A model generated the notes under the pieces. It had not been told where the DNA came from, did not search any database, and worked only from the letters and a program-made list of their open reading frames with translations. Both the position numbers and the translations under genes were made by a program. 64,000 nt of DNA from Harriotta raleighana. Lineage: Eukaryota. This document shows, piece after piece, positions 13,476-26,245 of this stretch. Each line of letters starts with the position of its first letter. Position 1 is the first letter of the stretch. The stretch is from assembly GCA_050575255.1 (NCBI GenBank), contig JBNZDD010013633.1, positions 1,150,815-1,214,814 on the forward strand, given 5' to 3'.

Positions 13476-14642
13476 AGGCTGTTGCCTTTTTATTCAGCGT
13501 CTATTTTTTACCCAATTTTTTAAAAATTGCTGTGTAGAGATTCACCATGTCAAAGGCCCAATAGCAATTGGAAGAAATTGTTTATTACAGTATTGCTAGC
13601 ATCNCGGGCCGCAGGGTTCTGAAGGCTGTTGCCTTTTTATTCAGCGTCTATTTTAATGGCCCTTTTTGTCCGATATTCTAGGAAAACGTAAAATGTACAG
13701 TACTATACCCAATTTTTAAAAAATTGCTGTGTAGAGATTTACCATGTTAAAGGCCCAATAGCAATTGGAAGAAATTGTTTATTACAGTATTGCTAACATG
13801 TTTAGAGCTCCCCTCAATCTCTGGTAAGAATGACTGGGTGTGGGGAATACAAATATAGCTTCTCACTCACAATCACTGTACTGCACTGTAACCATTGTGA
13901 ATCAACTGTACTAACCACCCCACAACCACAAACCACAACTTAACCACTTTTTATCCTTTTAACTGCATCCTGTCTTTAGGATCATTCCGTTCCATGTTTC
14001 CAATTGGAAACTGCACTAAAATCATTTTATTTGAGGAAAACAATTTTTATATGGTTAGTTTTTTGTTGTTGTTTTGATGTTTCTTTCTAACACATGGTTG
14101 TCATTTCTTGAGAGAAACATTAACTTGAATTCTAATTGGATACTGTGCAATGTTTCAGTGGGGTTTCCTTATGTGTGCCAAAGTAATACAATTCACATTT
14201 ATACAGCAATTCGCATCTTGGGAAGACATCTCAAAGCACTTAACACTGCGAGCTGAAAGGGTGGAGGGAAAAGTTTGGCAAAAGAATGGTCAAAGATGTA
14301 GTCTTTAGATGGATCTTGAACAAAGTCAATGAAGAAGTAAGTTAGAGCGACTCTGGGGTGTAACCCAGAGTCTTGGTGCACATGTATTGGTGCACATGTG
14401 GAGGCTGAAAATGTAAACGGACAAAAAAAACTGCTCCTTATCATCCAAAACTTATTATTTAAGAAACAATCGGAGAAAAATAACATTTTAAAAACTCTCT
14501 AAATTCATTGTTGTACATTTAAGGCAAACTAAAATTGGGTAAATGTGAATTTTCAATGTTTTCAATATATTTTTGCATTTACAAATATCAAATGGAAGGA
14601 TTGTTATCAAGTAGCTATTAAAATTAGGCACTTTTCCTCTAT

Positions 14643-15020
14643 CTGTAGCTCAGCGGTGACAGCACTCGCCTTGCAAGCGAGAGACGTGGGTTTGATTCCA
14701 AGCAGGACAACAACAACAACTTCGATTTATACAGCGCCCTCCATGCCGGACAGGGTCTCAGAGCGCTTAAAGGACAAGGCAAAACCTTGGACAAGTTTCC
14801 TTACTCAACATACTTGATGATAATCACTTGAAAAAACCCAGTAACATTGGTCATCTCAATCCATGACTTTTTGAGGGACACTGCTGTGCACAATTGGCTA
14901 TTGTGTTTCCCCCACAAATATACAGTCAATTCACTTTGCAGCATATTCTGTGAAATACTTTGAGACATCTAGAAGACGTGAAAAGCTCTATACCAAATGC
15001 AAGGAATACTGCTATTATTA
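14643..15020 (+). mobile_element. Full-length SINE-A interrupted by a short antisense L2 tail (14711-14770)
   Basis: ctgtagctcagcggtgacagcactcgccttgcaagcgagagac head; insertion flanked by aggacaa repeats; normal body and tail follow. Confidence 0.85.
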
Positions 15021-16242
15021 TCTACTAATTTGCCCATTGTGGACAGACTGATTACAAATAGCAGCACAGGAAGCAACCATCAATTACTAGCTTCATTTTG
15101 CCTTATATTTATGTTTTACTACATTTGCTTAATAAAATATAATTATACACTAAGATTTAATATGCATGGTCACTTGCATATTTTGGTATAATGAAGGCAT
15201 TCGATCAGGATTTGCTAATATCTTATTACTTTACTAAACCTTTGGTTGCAGCCTTTTGCACTGAGATCCTTTAGTAAATATTTCACTCTAATAAAAAAAC
15301 ATTGTGCAATAACAGATGCGGATAAAGTAGGAGGGGAATAGGTGAATGTTTCAAGATGAATAAGGCTATTGCTGGTCTATGGGACCATTTGCCTTTTAGG
15401 CACAATGTCAAGATTTGCCCACAATCAGTTAGTCTGCATCTTGAATAGCATTTATTAATCATATAAAAGTCCTTATATTTGATATCAGGCCTACAGCATC
15501 AATTTCTTAAAGTATTTCAAATACTTTCTGTGAAGTGCAGTGACTATATATTTTTAGTCGAATGCAACAGACAATTTGCACGCAATGATATCCCACAAAC
15601 AGCCATGAATTGAGTGAAAACCACATTTTTATCTGGAGGATTGCTGATGTGGCTTGAGTGGTTAAGTATTATTTTCTGCATCATCAGTACACAATTAATA
15701 TCCATTTTTTTGCTTTGGTAAATGACAAATCTGTCATTGTGTGCTTATAAATAACTAATATAATTCTGAAATATAAATAGAATAGCATTTTCCACTTCCC
15801 ACACAGGACATCCTTGTAACCCCTCTTCAGTGATATTGCCAATTTACGCTGTTTGGGGAACTGGTTTGAGATTTTTGTGGGGCCAGTCTGGGTTTCTGAC
15901 TCCTCTGCCATGTCGCAGTCAATAGTGCTTTGTCTATAATTGACCCTCATTCAGATTTTGTTACTTGGGCTTTTGTGAAGCTGCGTATCAAGCACAGGGG
16001 TTAAAACCAATCTGCCCACACTGGGCACTTATAAGTGTCTGATGAGACTTGAACTTTATCCCACTGGAAAGCTTTGAATCCTCAATCATTAAATACAGGC
16101 AGAAATAAAGGAAATATTGTTAATCGTGGAATCTGAATGATTTCCCTTCCTGAAAAGCATCGCTTTTATTTAAGTGAGGTGCTGGTGCCCATTTGTGCTC
16201 ATGCCTTTCTCACTGGTACCATCTCTGCCTTAAATACAAGAG

Positions 16243-16519
16243 AATAATAATAATAATCCTTGCATTTGCTACAGCACTGTTTGCGTCTTCTAGACGTCTC
16301 AAAGTGCTTTGCAGAAAATGCTGTAAAGCGAATTGACTGTATATTTGACTGGGCAAAACGTGGCAGCCAATTGTGCACCAATTTATTATTGGGTTTTTTT
16401 CTCGGGATTATTAGGCGTGTAGAGTAAAGAAACTTGCCCACAGTTTTGCCTTGCCTGGTATTGAACCCAGGTCTCTCGCTTGCAAGGCGAGTGCTCTAAC
16501 CGTTGAGCTACAGGACTCC
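16243..16519 (-). mobile_element. SINE-A with intact tRNA-Ala(TGC)-like head and an internal deletion
   Basis: Reverse complement GGAGTCCTGTAGCTCAACGGTTAGAGCACTCGCCTTGCAAGCGAGAGACCTGGGTTCAATACCAGG; anticodon arm CTCGC-CTTGCAA-GCGAG. Confidence 0.88.
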
Positions 16520-16809
16520 GCATGAAAAAAATATCCTTCAGCAATGGGTGGACTTCTCTCCATTGAATATTAACTGCATATGATGTACTGAAAATTACAA
16601 AGGCAGACTTGTGCAATTTCCCCCAAATTAAGTAGTCATTTATTTAAATAAGAGCAGCTCTGTACATAACCAGACATTCAGATGGAGAGCATTTAGTTGT
16701 TCTATAAAAAGATAATACTAATTGCACTGGTACATAGTGTCCTTCTGCTTTCAGACATGATAATACTATTTAATGTGAAATACAATTTATAAGTCAAAAT
16801 TCTCGGATT

Positions 16810-17285
16810 TGATACAGTGCCTTAGCGCATCATCAAAACATCTTAAAGCACTTCACAGAAATGACTGTGAAGTGTAGTGACTGTATATTTGAACATAAGA
16901 AATAGAATCAGGTGTAGGCTATTCTGACACCTTGAGCCTGTCCCGCCATTTAATATGATCATGGCTGCTCTTCTAACCTTGCTGCATTTGTGGGTGAAGA
17001 CCAATGTCCCACCAGCAGACATGAAGTGAATGATCAATTTTATTTTGGGGGATTTGGCCAGGATATTAGGAGAAGCTCCCTGATCTTTTTGAATAGTGCC
17101 ACAGGATTTTTTATGTCCAGTTATGTGGGAGGATGGCACCTTGCCTTAAGATCTTACCTGAAGGATATCACCTCTAACAATGGATCTCTCCCCCAGCATT
17201 AGCCTATCCTGGAGTATTAGCCTGCACTAAAAACCATAACCTTCTGACTTTGGGATGAGAATGGTAACCACTGAGCCAGACTGCC
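16810..17285 (-). mobile_element. DeuSINE/SacSINE1-like SINE, near full length
   Basis: ttggccaggatattaggagaagctccctgatctttttgaatagtgccacaggat (Deu domain, reverse strand) and tRNA-like head ccttctgact...accactgagcca. Confidence 0.7.
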
Positions 17286-19158
17286 AAGTGAATATAGGAG
17301 CACGCCTTTTACACCAGTCTCAAATAATGCAGTCACCTTGTAGCTGTTCATAAAGTAGAAGAGCCATTGTTAGTATAATTCTTATCATTTATAATCCACA
17401 TTTTGGCTCGCTAAGAGATATATCAATGATGCTTCTTAACCTCTTCCTTATTTTAAGCCAAGAAATGGTTAACAAACTACTGCAAATTTTACCACACGGA
17501 GTGCAGTCTAAAAGAATGTTTTATATGTGAAGAAAAGATAATTTAATTCAAATGTTGCCTGAGGCTTCTCCCCGGGAATCTGTAGATGCAGTCTCTGGAG
17601 ATATGTCAGCAACATTATCAGGCCACAATCAACATCTGTTTCTGTCCTTCCCACTTCCTTCTCAGTAGAGGCAGCTGAGCAAAACCGTGTGAAACGTTCA
17701 TTCAGCAGAAACATCATCTGTCCAGCATGAGACCTGAAGGGCAATGCTGAACAGATGATCCAGAGGTGATCTCTCAATTGGACTGCAACACTACAATCAG
17801 AATTCTGGGAACTCAGTGTTGTGAAAGGCCCACAACCAAGTATTTAGGCAGCTCAATACGCCATTCAACCACAGAGACACTGGTCACAGCAGACTGATGA
17901 GCCGAGACATCAAGCACATCTGGGGGACAACCTTGAGATTATGTTGTGAGACTCACAACCACGTATATTCAGAGGGCTTTCTTTCACTCTGATTTCTACC
18001 CCTCTTTCAGTGTGATATCACGCAAGACACCCCCAGCTTGTGGATCTCAAGGCTGGTTACTAGCGATGAACGTCCTATCCTCTGAGATTATACAATTTGA
18101 TGCTGTGCATTGAGCATTTAGCATGAAACATTCAGTGAATAAAATTGGGACATCAAACAATTATAATAATCTTAGCATTTAATAGAGTGCATCTAGCATC
18201 TCAAAGCACTTCACTGTGTGTCAGTGAATGGCATTGAGTATTGTTTATTTTGGATGTCCAATTGCAAGAGATAAAGCTGACACTCTCACAAGCAACGTAT
18301 GAATAGATAGTAAAAACATTAGCAATTTCATTAGGCATTTAGCAAACAAAGCATTACTAGTAGGTGCATAAATAAATGTGTAAGATTAAGATGTTTATTG
18401 ACCGCAGATATGGGAATCTATATATCATCATCTCCAATCTTATTCGCCAGCATAGTACCTACAGTAACTATATTATATATAATAGCACAATTACATTCGT
18501 AAAGCACCTTTCACATCAATAGGATGTCCCAAGGTGCTGAACAGTCAGACATCAGGCTAGTTGGTATATACCCACTACTTGTAATAGGTATTTAAAAAAC
18601 TTAGATAAACAATGTAAACAAAGCATGAAATACAAATGGAATTTGAGGAGCCCAGAACTCTGCATTCATTACACGCAATTTATCAGATTCAATTCAAGTA
18701 TGAGCCCTGACAGCGTGAAAAAAATCTCTTGCCTCAAATAAACAGGTCTAATTTCTCAAAGAAACATTTCCAGCCATTGAGGATGAAAGCATGATTTTAT
18801 CAGCATTGTAATGGAGAATAGACCCCATTGTGCTTTTTAATCAAGTTTCGGAGACCAGTTTGTAAGTAAGCTCATTGTTTCTAATATAAGGTGTAGATTC
18901 CTAGATAGTTTGATAAATGCTTTTTTGCATTTAATGAACCTTCGGTAAATCTTGAAGGAGCCAGTTTAAATACACGCTGATCCAATGTATATTTCTAATT
19001 GAGTTTTGATAACTTTTGCTGCAGTCAGTATTATGCAATGTCAACAGTATTAACCCAGCAGGAGACCGATAACTTTTAGGTTTTCGTCTTTCCTTTTGAT
19101 TGTTTCAATCAGGCATTCATCGGTATTTGTCTTATTATATAAATAAAATATATATATT

Positions 19159-19279
19159 AGCTCTGAGTTAACACACAGCCACAATATTCCATACAAACCT
19201 CATATATATCTATATATATGAGTGTGGTATATATATGAGGTTTGTATGGAATATTGTGGCTGTGTGTTACCGCAGAGCT
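19159..19279. repeat. Inverted repeat, 51-bp arms (2 mismatches), about 19-nt AT-rich loop
   Basis: agctctgagttaacacacagccacaatattccatacaaacctcatatatat ... atatatatgaggtttgtatggaatattgtggctgtgtgttaccgcagagct. Confidence 0.95.
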
Positions 19280-19377
19280 GATGAAAGTGATTCCCAATCT
19301 GATCAAAACTAAGGGGTGTAAATCAATACACTATCTTGGGAGAATGATATTTAGGGCCTGCCTTGTTCTGATACTAT

Positions 19378-19710
19378 AATTATCCTTGCAGTTGATATAG
19401 AGCCTATAACAAAAACATCTCAAAGCAATTCACAGGCAATTGCTATAAATTGTAATAACGGCATTTGTAGCAAACATGGCAGGCAATTTGAGCACAGGAG
19501 GTCCCACAAACAGCCATGAAATGAATGAAAAATTTATATTGGGCATTATTGGCCAGGACACTGGGAGAAATTCCTTCTCTTTCTGAATAATAATTCTGAA
19601 TGGGAGTCACTGTTTGAATGGGATCTATAAAGACCCCCTGAAAAGGCATATTGGTTTAATATCTTATTCCAAAGAATGATGTTTCTAATAATGCAGCATT
19701 TCTGCCATTG
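19378..19710 (-). mobile_element. DeuSINE-like SINE, partial
   Basis: gtcccacaaacagccatgaa...attggccaggacactgggagaaa...taatgcagcatt. Confidence 0.7.
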
Positions 19711-19851
19711 AAGACATTTCCTCTAACGCCACACTGGTGTAGCGGTGACATTTGTATAATCGAGTCAGGATGTAGAGAGAGTACATTTAAGATTATTACC
19801 AAAAATGTAAAGAGAGATTGAGAAAATTTAATTTCACACAGAATTTAATTT

Positions 19852-20195
19852 CAATCAAACAATCAATCAAAACTTTAATATAACTTCTTTCATGTCAGGA
19901 GGACACCCCAAGGCGCTGAACAGTTAGGTAGGGACCAGAGCAAGGGGGAGGGATCGGGTAGGGAGAAGGAGAGTAGGAGAATTGACTGTATATTTGTGGG
20001 TGAAACGTGGCAGCCAAATTGCGCACAGCAATGGCCCACAAACAGTCATGGAAATGGGGTTAGGGGAGAAAGGGGGAAAAGAGGGTAAGGGGAGAGAGGG
20101 AAGGAAAGGTGGGGTGGGATAAAGTCAGGGAGAGAAAGGGGGAAAGGGAGGGACAGAAGAAAAAAGGGGGGAAAGGTTAGGGGGCAAGAGGGGAT
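19852..20195 (-). mobile_element. Composite of L2 3' end with (GATT)n tail, SINE mid-fragment and a purine-rich tract
   Basis: catgtcaggaggacaccccaaggcgctgaacag (L2 tail), then attgactgtatatttgtgggtgaaacgtggcagccaa (SINE), then G/A-rich runs. Confidence 0.65.
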
Positions 20196-20227
20196 TAATC
20201 AACAACAACAAACAAAAGCAATAACAA

Positions 20228-20450
20228 TAACAACATGATCATTAACATGTGGAATAGCTTAACAAAACATAACAAAATGGTTGAAGTTCATAATAACTTA
20301 CAAAGGATGAGATGTGTATTTGAAAAAATGAATCATATAAAAGGGTATAACGAAAAGGCTAATACTCAGACACAATGGTTCAAAAGGATATCTTCTGTGC
20401 TTAAAAAAAGCATATGAATCTACACGGGTTCGCAAGAATAGGGGAGAAGA
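20228..20450 (+). mobile_element. Decayed CR1 3' end
   Basis: attaacatgtggaatagctt (INMWNSL motif) ... aaagggtata ... tcttctgtgct. Confidence 0.45.
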
Positions 20451-21244
20451 CAAGACGAATACAAAGTGATGCTTAGGTCCTGCCAAGTTTCTGTTTTATT
20501 AGCCTGTAATGTTAAGGTCCTGGGAAAGAATGAATTAGAAAAGGAAACAATGTGATTTAAAGTAAGACTATCATTACAAAACATGACTCCTATAAAAATA
20601 TCATACTGCTTCTTGAATAATACACTAGACCTAAGAATGGATTTAGCAGATTAATTTAAATTTGTGGACAAAAAGCAAAATAAATCCAAGCTACAATATT
20701 CAGGCTCTGGACTACTTGAGTATAAAACTTTGACAGATTTGGTTGGTATTCACTCTCCAGCAGTAACTCCCTTCCAGCCTAACAACATTTAGAAATGTTC
20801 AGGATGCTGAGATTCTGGCAATAGCTGCAAGGATTTGTTTCATTCATCTTATAACGAAAGATTGGTCATTCACTTTATGGTTGACCATGGGATATTGCTG
20901 TGATAAATTGGAAACTGCTTTTCATAAAGAAATTTCTGAAAATTATTTCCATCTTGAAACTAAATTTATACTTTTCCCTCAAATCTAAAGTCCTGAAGAA
21001 TTGCAGAATTTCCTAGGCTTGAAGACAATATTCTGAAAGCTAAAACTTGCTGAATTCTAGGACCTATGAAATAGTGTCCACTGCTAGAAGTGTGGGTGTA
21101 TAGCACATCAGTTGAAGACTTGAATTGTCTTGACTGCAGTCTTCCCTATCACCTGAATGTTGGCCACTTGGTCCGGTTATCAGAGGTTGATCTGCATCCA
21201 TACAGAGGGAGGAAAAAAGAAAGTATGGAGTTAAAAAAAAATCA

Positions 21245-21460
21245 ATTTCTTATTCCACACGCCTGATATTAATCCCTCAAGAAAAAAATAATCCAATTGG
21301 CCTTTTCAATCCATGACTGTTTGTGGGACATTACACTGTCCAATTCGCTACCACATTTCACCCACAAATATGCACTTTACAGTATATTTTGTGAAGCACT
21401 TTGAGATGTCTAGTAGTAATGACAAACACTATATTAAATGCGACGATTATTATCATATTA
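21245..21460 (+). mobile_element. 5'-truncated SINE-A
   Basis: ttattccacacgcctgat...tcaatccatgactgtttgtgggac...gtgaagcactttgagatgtctag...gattattat. Confidence 0.8.
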
Positions 21461-22324
21461 TTAAGTTTAACAAAAAACTATGTTTTCACATGGACATCAC
21501 CCAGCAACTGTTTCATAAAACTTTTACAGATGTGAGTGCTTATGCATGTGAAGAAACTAACTTCCAATAGAGACTTCAAGGGTGAGGTCAGGGAAACCAG
21601 CCAGGAAATGATGCAATGGACAAGAGAGTGCAGGAAAGAACATCTGACTAGAGTCACAGTAGATCGTGGATCTACAGCACAGACTATATCCACATGTGTG
21701 TCGCCAAATTCAGCAGGGATTTCTGTTTTGGCTCTGTATTCTACCTTGTTCTTGCCTAAAATATGGTGGTTTAAAATGAGCTGTTGAAAAGGACTATATT
21801 CTGAAACTAAACTTCGCAACATTTATTCCTGAACCATGAAGACATAGGAAACAATGGCGCTCCACTATTATGAGGAACTTTGTGATAGCTGCTCAGCCCC
21901 CTTAACAGGGCCTCAGGAGAGAGATCAGGGGCAGTTGCCATGGTGTAATGTAAAGAGTTCCAGTTAATGGACTGAGAGTTCACTGATTTGAGGGTTAGCA
22001 AGTGGAAATCCAGCCAAAGTTCTTGCTCTTGGTCTCTCTTCAGAATATGCCAGAGCAGAAAAAATTAGGAAAGAATTGAACACACTAAACTTTTTTTAAA
22101 AAACAGCAACAGTGAGGAAGTCATTATTATAGCACCTTGAGAAGTCCTCCCGAAGTGAAAGGGGCTGTACAAATTTAATTTTGTTGTTGTTATTGAGTTA
22201 ATGGCTTAACTCGTGTCCCATTACACTTGTGATAGTTCTCTAATACATTGGATGATGATGTATTTCTATGGCTTGGTAGTAAATTTCTCTTGGTTGTGTC
22301 TGTTCGATAGAAAAATTACTTTAA

Positions 22325-22745
22325 TACTAAACCTTGCATTTGATAGAGCGACTTTTATACTAGGAGAATATCCTAAAGTGCAGCACACGATTTACTATAA
22401 GGTGTAGAAACTATGTTCGTGGGTGAACGCAGCAGCCAATTTGCAAACAGCAATGTCCCACAAACAGCCAAGAAGTGAATGACCCATTTTATTTGGGGAT
22501 TGTTGGCCAGGACACTGGGAGAAACTCCCTGCTCTTTTCAAGTAGTGCCATGGGACTTTTAATGACCTCCTGAATGGGCAGACAGGATCTTTATTTAATG
22601 TCTAATCCTGAGGACAACTGCAACAATGCAACCCCACTGCCCTCCCCGCACTGTATTGGAATGTGAGCGTAGACTGTGAGTACAAGTTCCGATGTCAACC
22701 CACAACCATCTGACTTAGAGATGACAATGTTATCACTGAGCCAGC
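22325..22745 (-). mobile_element. DeuSINE/SacSINE1-like SINE, full length
   Basis: ttggccaggacactgggagaaactccctgctcttttcaagtagtgccatggga (Deu domain), cccacaaccatctgacttagag...cactgagcca (tRNA-like head), L2-type tail. Confidence 0.8.
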
Positions 22746-23176
22746 CTTTGGAAAATTGTTCTCTTAGCTCAGTTTTAATTTACTTTAATTGTGTGTGCAG
22801 CAAGGCCTGGTAACAGCTTGGTCTATGAACTCCTTTTAACTGCACACTTGAGTTATGTTGCTTAATAGGTCTTTATAACTCTGCCAGAAGCAAATGTTAA
22901 TAGCTTTTACTGTGGAACTGCGGTTTCTATTTAATTTACCAGGAAAAAAGTAGTGGAGGCCTGTATCTGTCAACCATTTTAAGCATGTGTGATTTCAGAG
23001 AGAGCTGAAATGTCCTATGTTCTAACAGAGATAGGAATCGTGCTCCACTGTCCTCCAATGTGACACTCCTGATCTTATGTTTCGCCCCGATTCCAATCCG
23101 TGATAAACTACCCAGTGTTAATAACTCCTTTAAATTATCTTGTCAGATCCTCAGAAATCTCATCCCTTGCTCATGA

Positions 23177-23358
23177 CAGACCAGTCAGCCTTGAATATCT
23201 GCAGAATTTGGGAGACTGGTAACTGAAAGCATTTGGTTCCCATTAATCCTGAACACCAAACCTTGTCCAGTGAGTAGCGCAATCTTAGCTGGACAAGCAG
23301 CGGGAATGTAGTCAGGCATTGCTCTCAATGGCAGGTTTAGCTGGACTCTGGTGTCCCC
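23177..23358. repeat. Unclassified dispersed repeat, copy 1 (homologous to 29001-29180), with internal hairpin
   Basis: Shared blocks cagaccagtca, tgtccag, tagctggacaagcagc, tcaatggca. Confidence 0.75.
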
Positions 23359-23789
23359 AACCTTAGCTCTCATCAACCTGCACCTAATACTCTCTGGAAT
23401 TAAGTAAGCAGATACAGTTTACAGTGCATGATTATGGATTCTATTTCAAGCACAGACAAATTTCTATGTGTAGGTGGCACTATTCCTGTTGCTCCATTTT
23501 GCTCATATTTATTTGTGCTAGCTGCACTTAATTGTGTGCTTGTCCTGTATGTTTCCCTACCTTCTAATCTCCAAGAAAACAGGCAAGAAATTGATTAATA
23601 TTTTTTGAGATCCACAAATACAAAGGTTGAATCATAGGGAATCTTATCCCGACATGGAAACCACGGGGAACAATGAATCATAGAAAATAAACTAATCAGT
23701 CTAACATCAGTGGATAAATGTTTGGGTGTTTTACAAGACCCTATCAATGTTTAGCTAATGACTGTCATAAATTCATCAGGAGTATTATG

Positions 23790-24045
23790 AATTTAGAATC
23801 AAATCAGTCACACTTCACTAATTGACAGGAATTCTTTGAGGAGGTAACATACCGTGGACCAGGGTATCCAATGCATATAATTCATTTCCTGAATGTAGTT
23901 GATGAAGTTCTGCACGTGAGGTATTTGAATAAAATTAGGGCTCATGGAATTAATGACAAATCACGTCAGCTACTTTTAGAATTGGATTTGAAGTGTTGAA
24001 AGAAGAAGGTTAACTTGAGTGGACAGTCTATATGGGGTAGTGACC
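23790..24045 (+). mobile_element. Decayed CR1 RT fragment
   Basis: gaattctttgaggaggtaaca (EFFEEVT); aaaattagggctcatggaatt (KIRAHGI). Confidence 0.7.
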
Positions 24046-24129
24046 AATTAATTCTATGTCAAGGGAGATGATGGGGAGGGGTGGGGGAAGGACTCTAGTT
24101 TCATTGTTTGGACTCTTGCTTCAAGGACA

Positions 24130-24330
24130 AACAGTTTAGGGTTCAAGTCCCATATCAGATTATTGTCTAGTGCAGTATAGGCTCAGTGCTGCTTTTCTGG
24201 AGGTTGTCATTTTTCAGATACAATGTTAAGACAAGATCTTGTTTGCTTGTTGGGGTTAATGTTAAGGATCGCCTGATACAATTTGAAAAGAGAAGTGTTT
24301 CTCCCGGTGTCCTGGCCAATAATCTTTCGT
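24130..24330 (+). mobile_element. DeuSINE-like SINE, partial
   Basis: ggttcaagtccca B-box; tttctcccggtgtcctggccaata Deu core. Confidence 0.65.
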
Positions 24331-24984
24331 GCTGCAAAAAGCAACAAACAAGAAAAACAAATTGCATTTATATAGTACCCTTCACTTCAGAAAAATATCC
24401 TGAGGCACTGAAAACACTCATTACACAGTAATTCCTGTGATGTAGTTTCAGACATTCTATTGTTTTAGGCACTAAAATGCAGATTCTCTAAGTTATTTAT
24501 TGTTGAGAAAGTATTTCTTGCAATATTAACACTTATTCATGAAACAAAACACGTTGACAAGGTGACTTGTGATTGCAAGGAATTTGAACATTAAATAGAT
24601 GGAATAGGAAGAATGAAGGATGGATTTTAAAGCACATAATTATACTAGCTAGAATTACAGACTATTTACAGTAGGAAACTATTTGCACTTATAAAGATGG
24701 CCCTTCCACTGGAGCTTTCTATTCCAATCCAAATTCCCTGCTCTTTTCCTGTACCTACTTATTCTTCTCTCTGAAATTGTTATCCAATTCATTTTACTAA
24801 TTAGTAAATATTCATCCCACTGTAATGGCTTATCCACAATGGACAAACAAACCCTGAAATGTGTACCTTGTAAGAAATATCTACTGTCAAAAGTGGGGAA
24901 GGAGAAAGATTTAGATTTGACAGTAATGCTTTAACTGAAAGCATCCAATCATTGTAAGGCTGTTCATAATAATAATAATAATCC

Positions 24985-25331
24985 TCACGTCACCTCATCC
25001 TCACTATCACAGCCTTGGCCCCTCCTCCCTCTTTGACCTGCTAACCCTCTTTCCACCTGTCCACTCCCTCAGTTCAGCAGGCTGCTCTTATTTCTCCTAC
25101 CCAATGTGCTCTACTATCAGCAGACAGGCTTTCAGCCTCTCTGTCTCCTTCATGACACAACTCAAGACCCTCCTTTTCAACTGTGCCTTCAGCCGCCCTC
25201 CTAACTCTCTGCCCTAGTTCATCCCAACTCTGCCCCCCATGCTCAGGTCTTGAATCGCAACTGTTTAGGCCTTGGGATGTCCTCTCGATGTGAAAGGCGC
25301 TTTACAAATGTAATTTTATTGATTGCTATTG
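24985..25331 (+). mobile_element. L2 3' fragment
   Basis: ggctttcagcctctctg, ctcaagaccctccttttcaactgtgccttc, ccttgggatgtcc...gtgaaaggcgctttacaaatgtaatt tail. Confidence 0.75.
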
Positions 25332-25874
25332 TTGGATTTAGTATGGAGCCTCTCACATCTGGAGGAGTCTCAAAGGGCTTCACAGGGTGTACAGGACTGT
25401 AAAGGGTAGTGACTACGTTTGATTGTGAGAGCAATTTTGGCCGTAGAATGCCTCTGGGGCCACTTGATCTCCTTCTAAAATACCAGCCTTCCCTTCCTGC
25501 CACCCCAGTATTGAGTAGTTTCTGATTGAGACCACCCATCCAGGTAGGCCTTTCCAAATATTGACTATCTGCTGTGCAAATACAGGCTAACTTTATATAC
25601 TGTAGTGGTTTGGGTCCATAAAGCACGTTGCATGAGCACACTTTAAAAATGGCTCTCATCAGCACTTCCAGGCACTTCCAGTACAAAGTGGTAGTTCCTG
25701 TAAATACTGTTTTAAACTTGGCCTTCACTGACCACAGCCTGTAATGTACTTTGGTATATCTGAAAATATGGTTCTCGGTTTACTATCGTTATTCCAATAA
25801 GTTTTGATATATGTACAGTTGTTCATATTGCAACATTTCTTTTTGAGACTGAAGTGCCTTTGTTTACTTATTCT

Positions 25875-26245
25875 TTCTGAGGATCAGTTTTATTGCTCAT
25901 CTCTGCATTGCCTCCAGGGCCTGGATGATCGTCTTATGTCACAGCGACCAGAACTGTATTCACTACTCTAGATGCAGCCCAACTCGAGCACTGAACATCC
26001 TGAGCATGACTTCCAGGGTTTTGAACTTTACAATTTTGGCCGTGTACCGCAGCATCCTCTTTGCTTTGTTTATTGCTGCCTCATTGCTGAGCAACAAGTA
26101 AATCAACACCCGCTGTCAGGTTCTATCCTTTCCATGGAGTACGTGTATCTACTGGTTTTCTTCCTATTTGCTAACCTCGTACTTTCTGTATCAATTCTCA
26201 TTTGTTCATGAGCAGCCTAGATATGCGTCCTATCAAACTGAAATG
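25875..26245 (-). mobile_element. Old CR1 RT fragment
   Basis: Minus strand: AINKAKRML.Y..K......EVML.MF...VGLHLE**IQFWS.....IQALEAMQR, the CR1 LVRPHLEYCVQFWSP region. Confidence 0.7.

Noticed and set aside
15684-15950. Minus-strand ORF with Kozak-like GACATGG (MAEESETQTGP...)
   Set aside because: Short, with no homology or supporting exon structure; consistent with chance.
16447-16519. tRNA-Ala(TGC) gene
   Set aside because: The acceptor stem does not pair, and the sequence continues into a SINE body present in many copies.
21571-21660. Possible exon in ORF 21536-21787 (RDFKGEVRETSQEMMQW...)
   Set aside because: Weak polypyrimidine tract, no convincing donor, no recognisable protein, and not Gly-X-Y.
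25243-25728. 161-aa minus-strand ORF
   Set aside because: Ends within an L2 tail, and has no domain signature or splice support.
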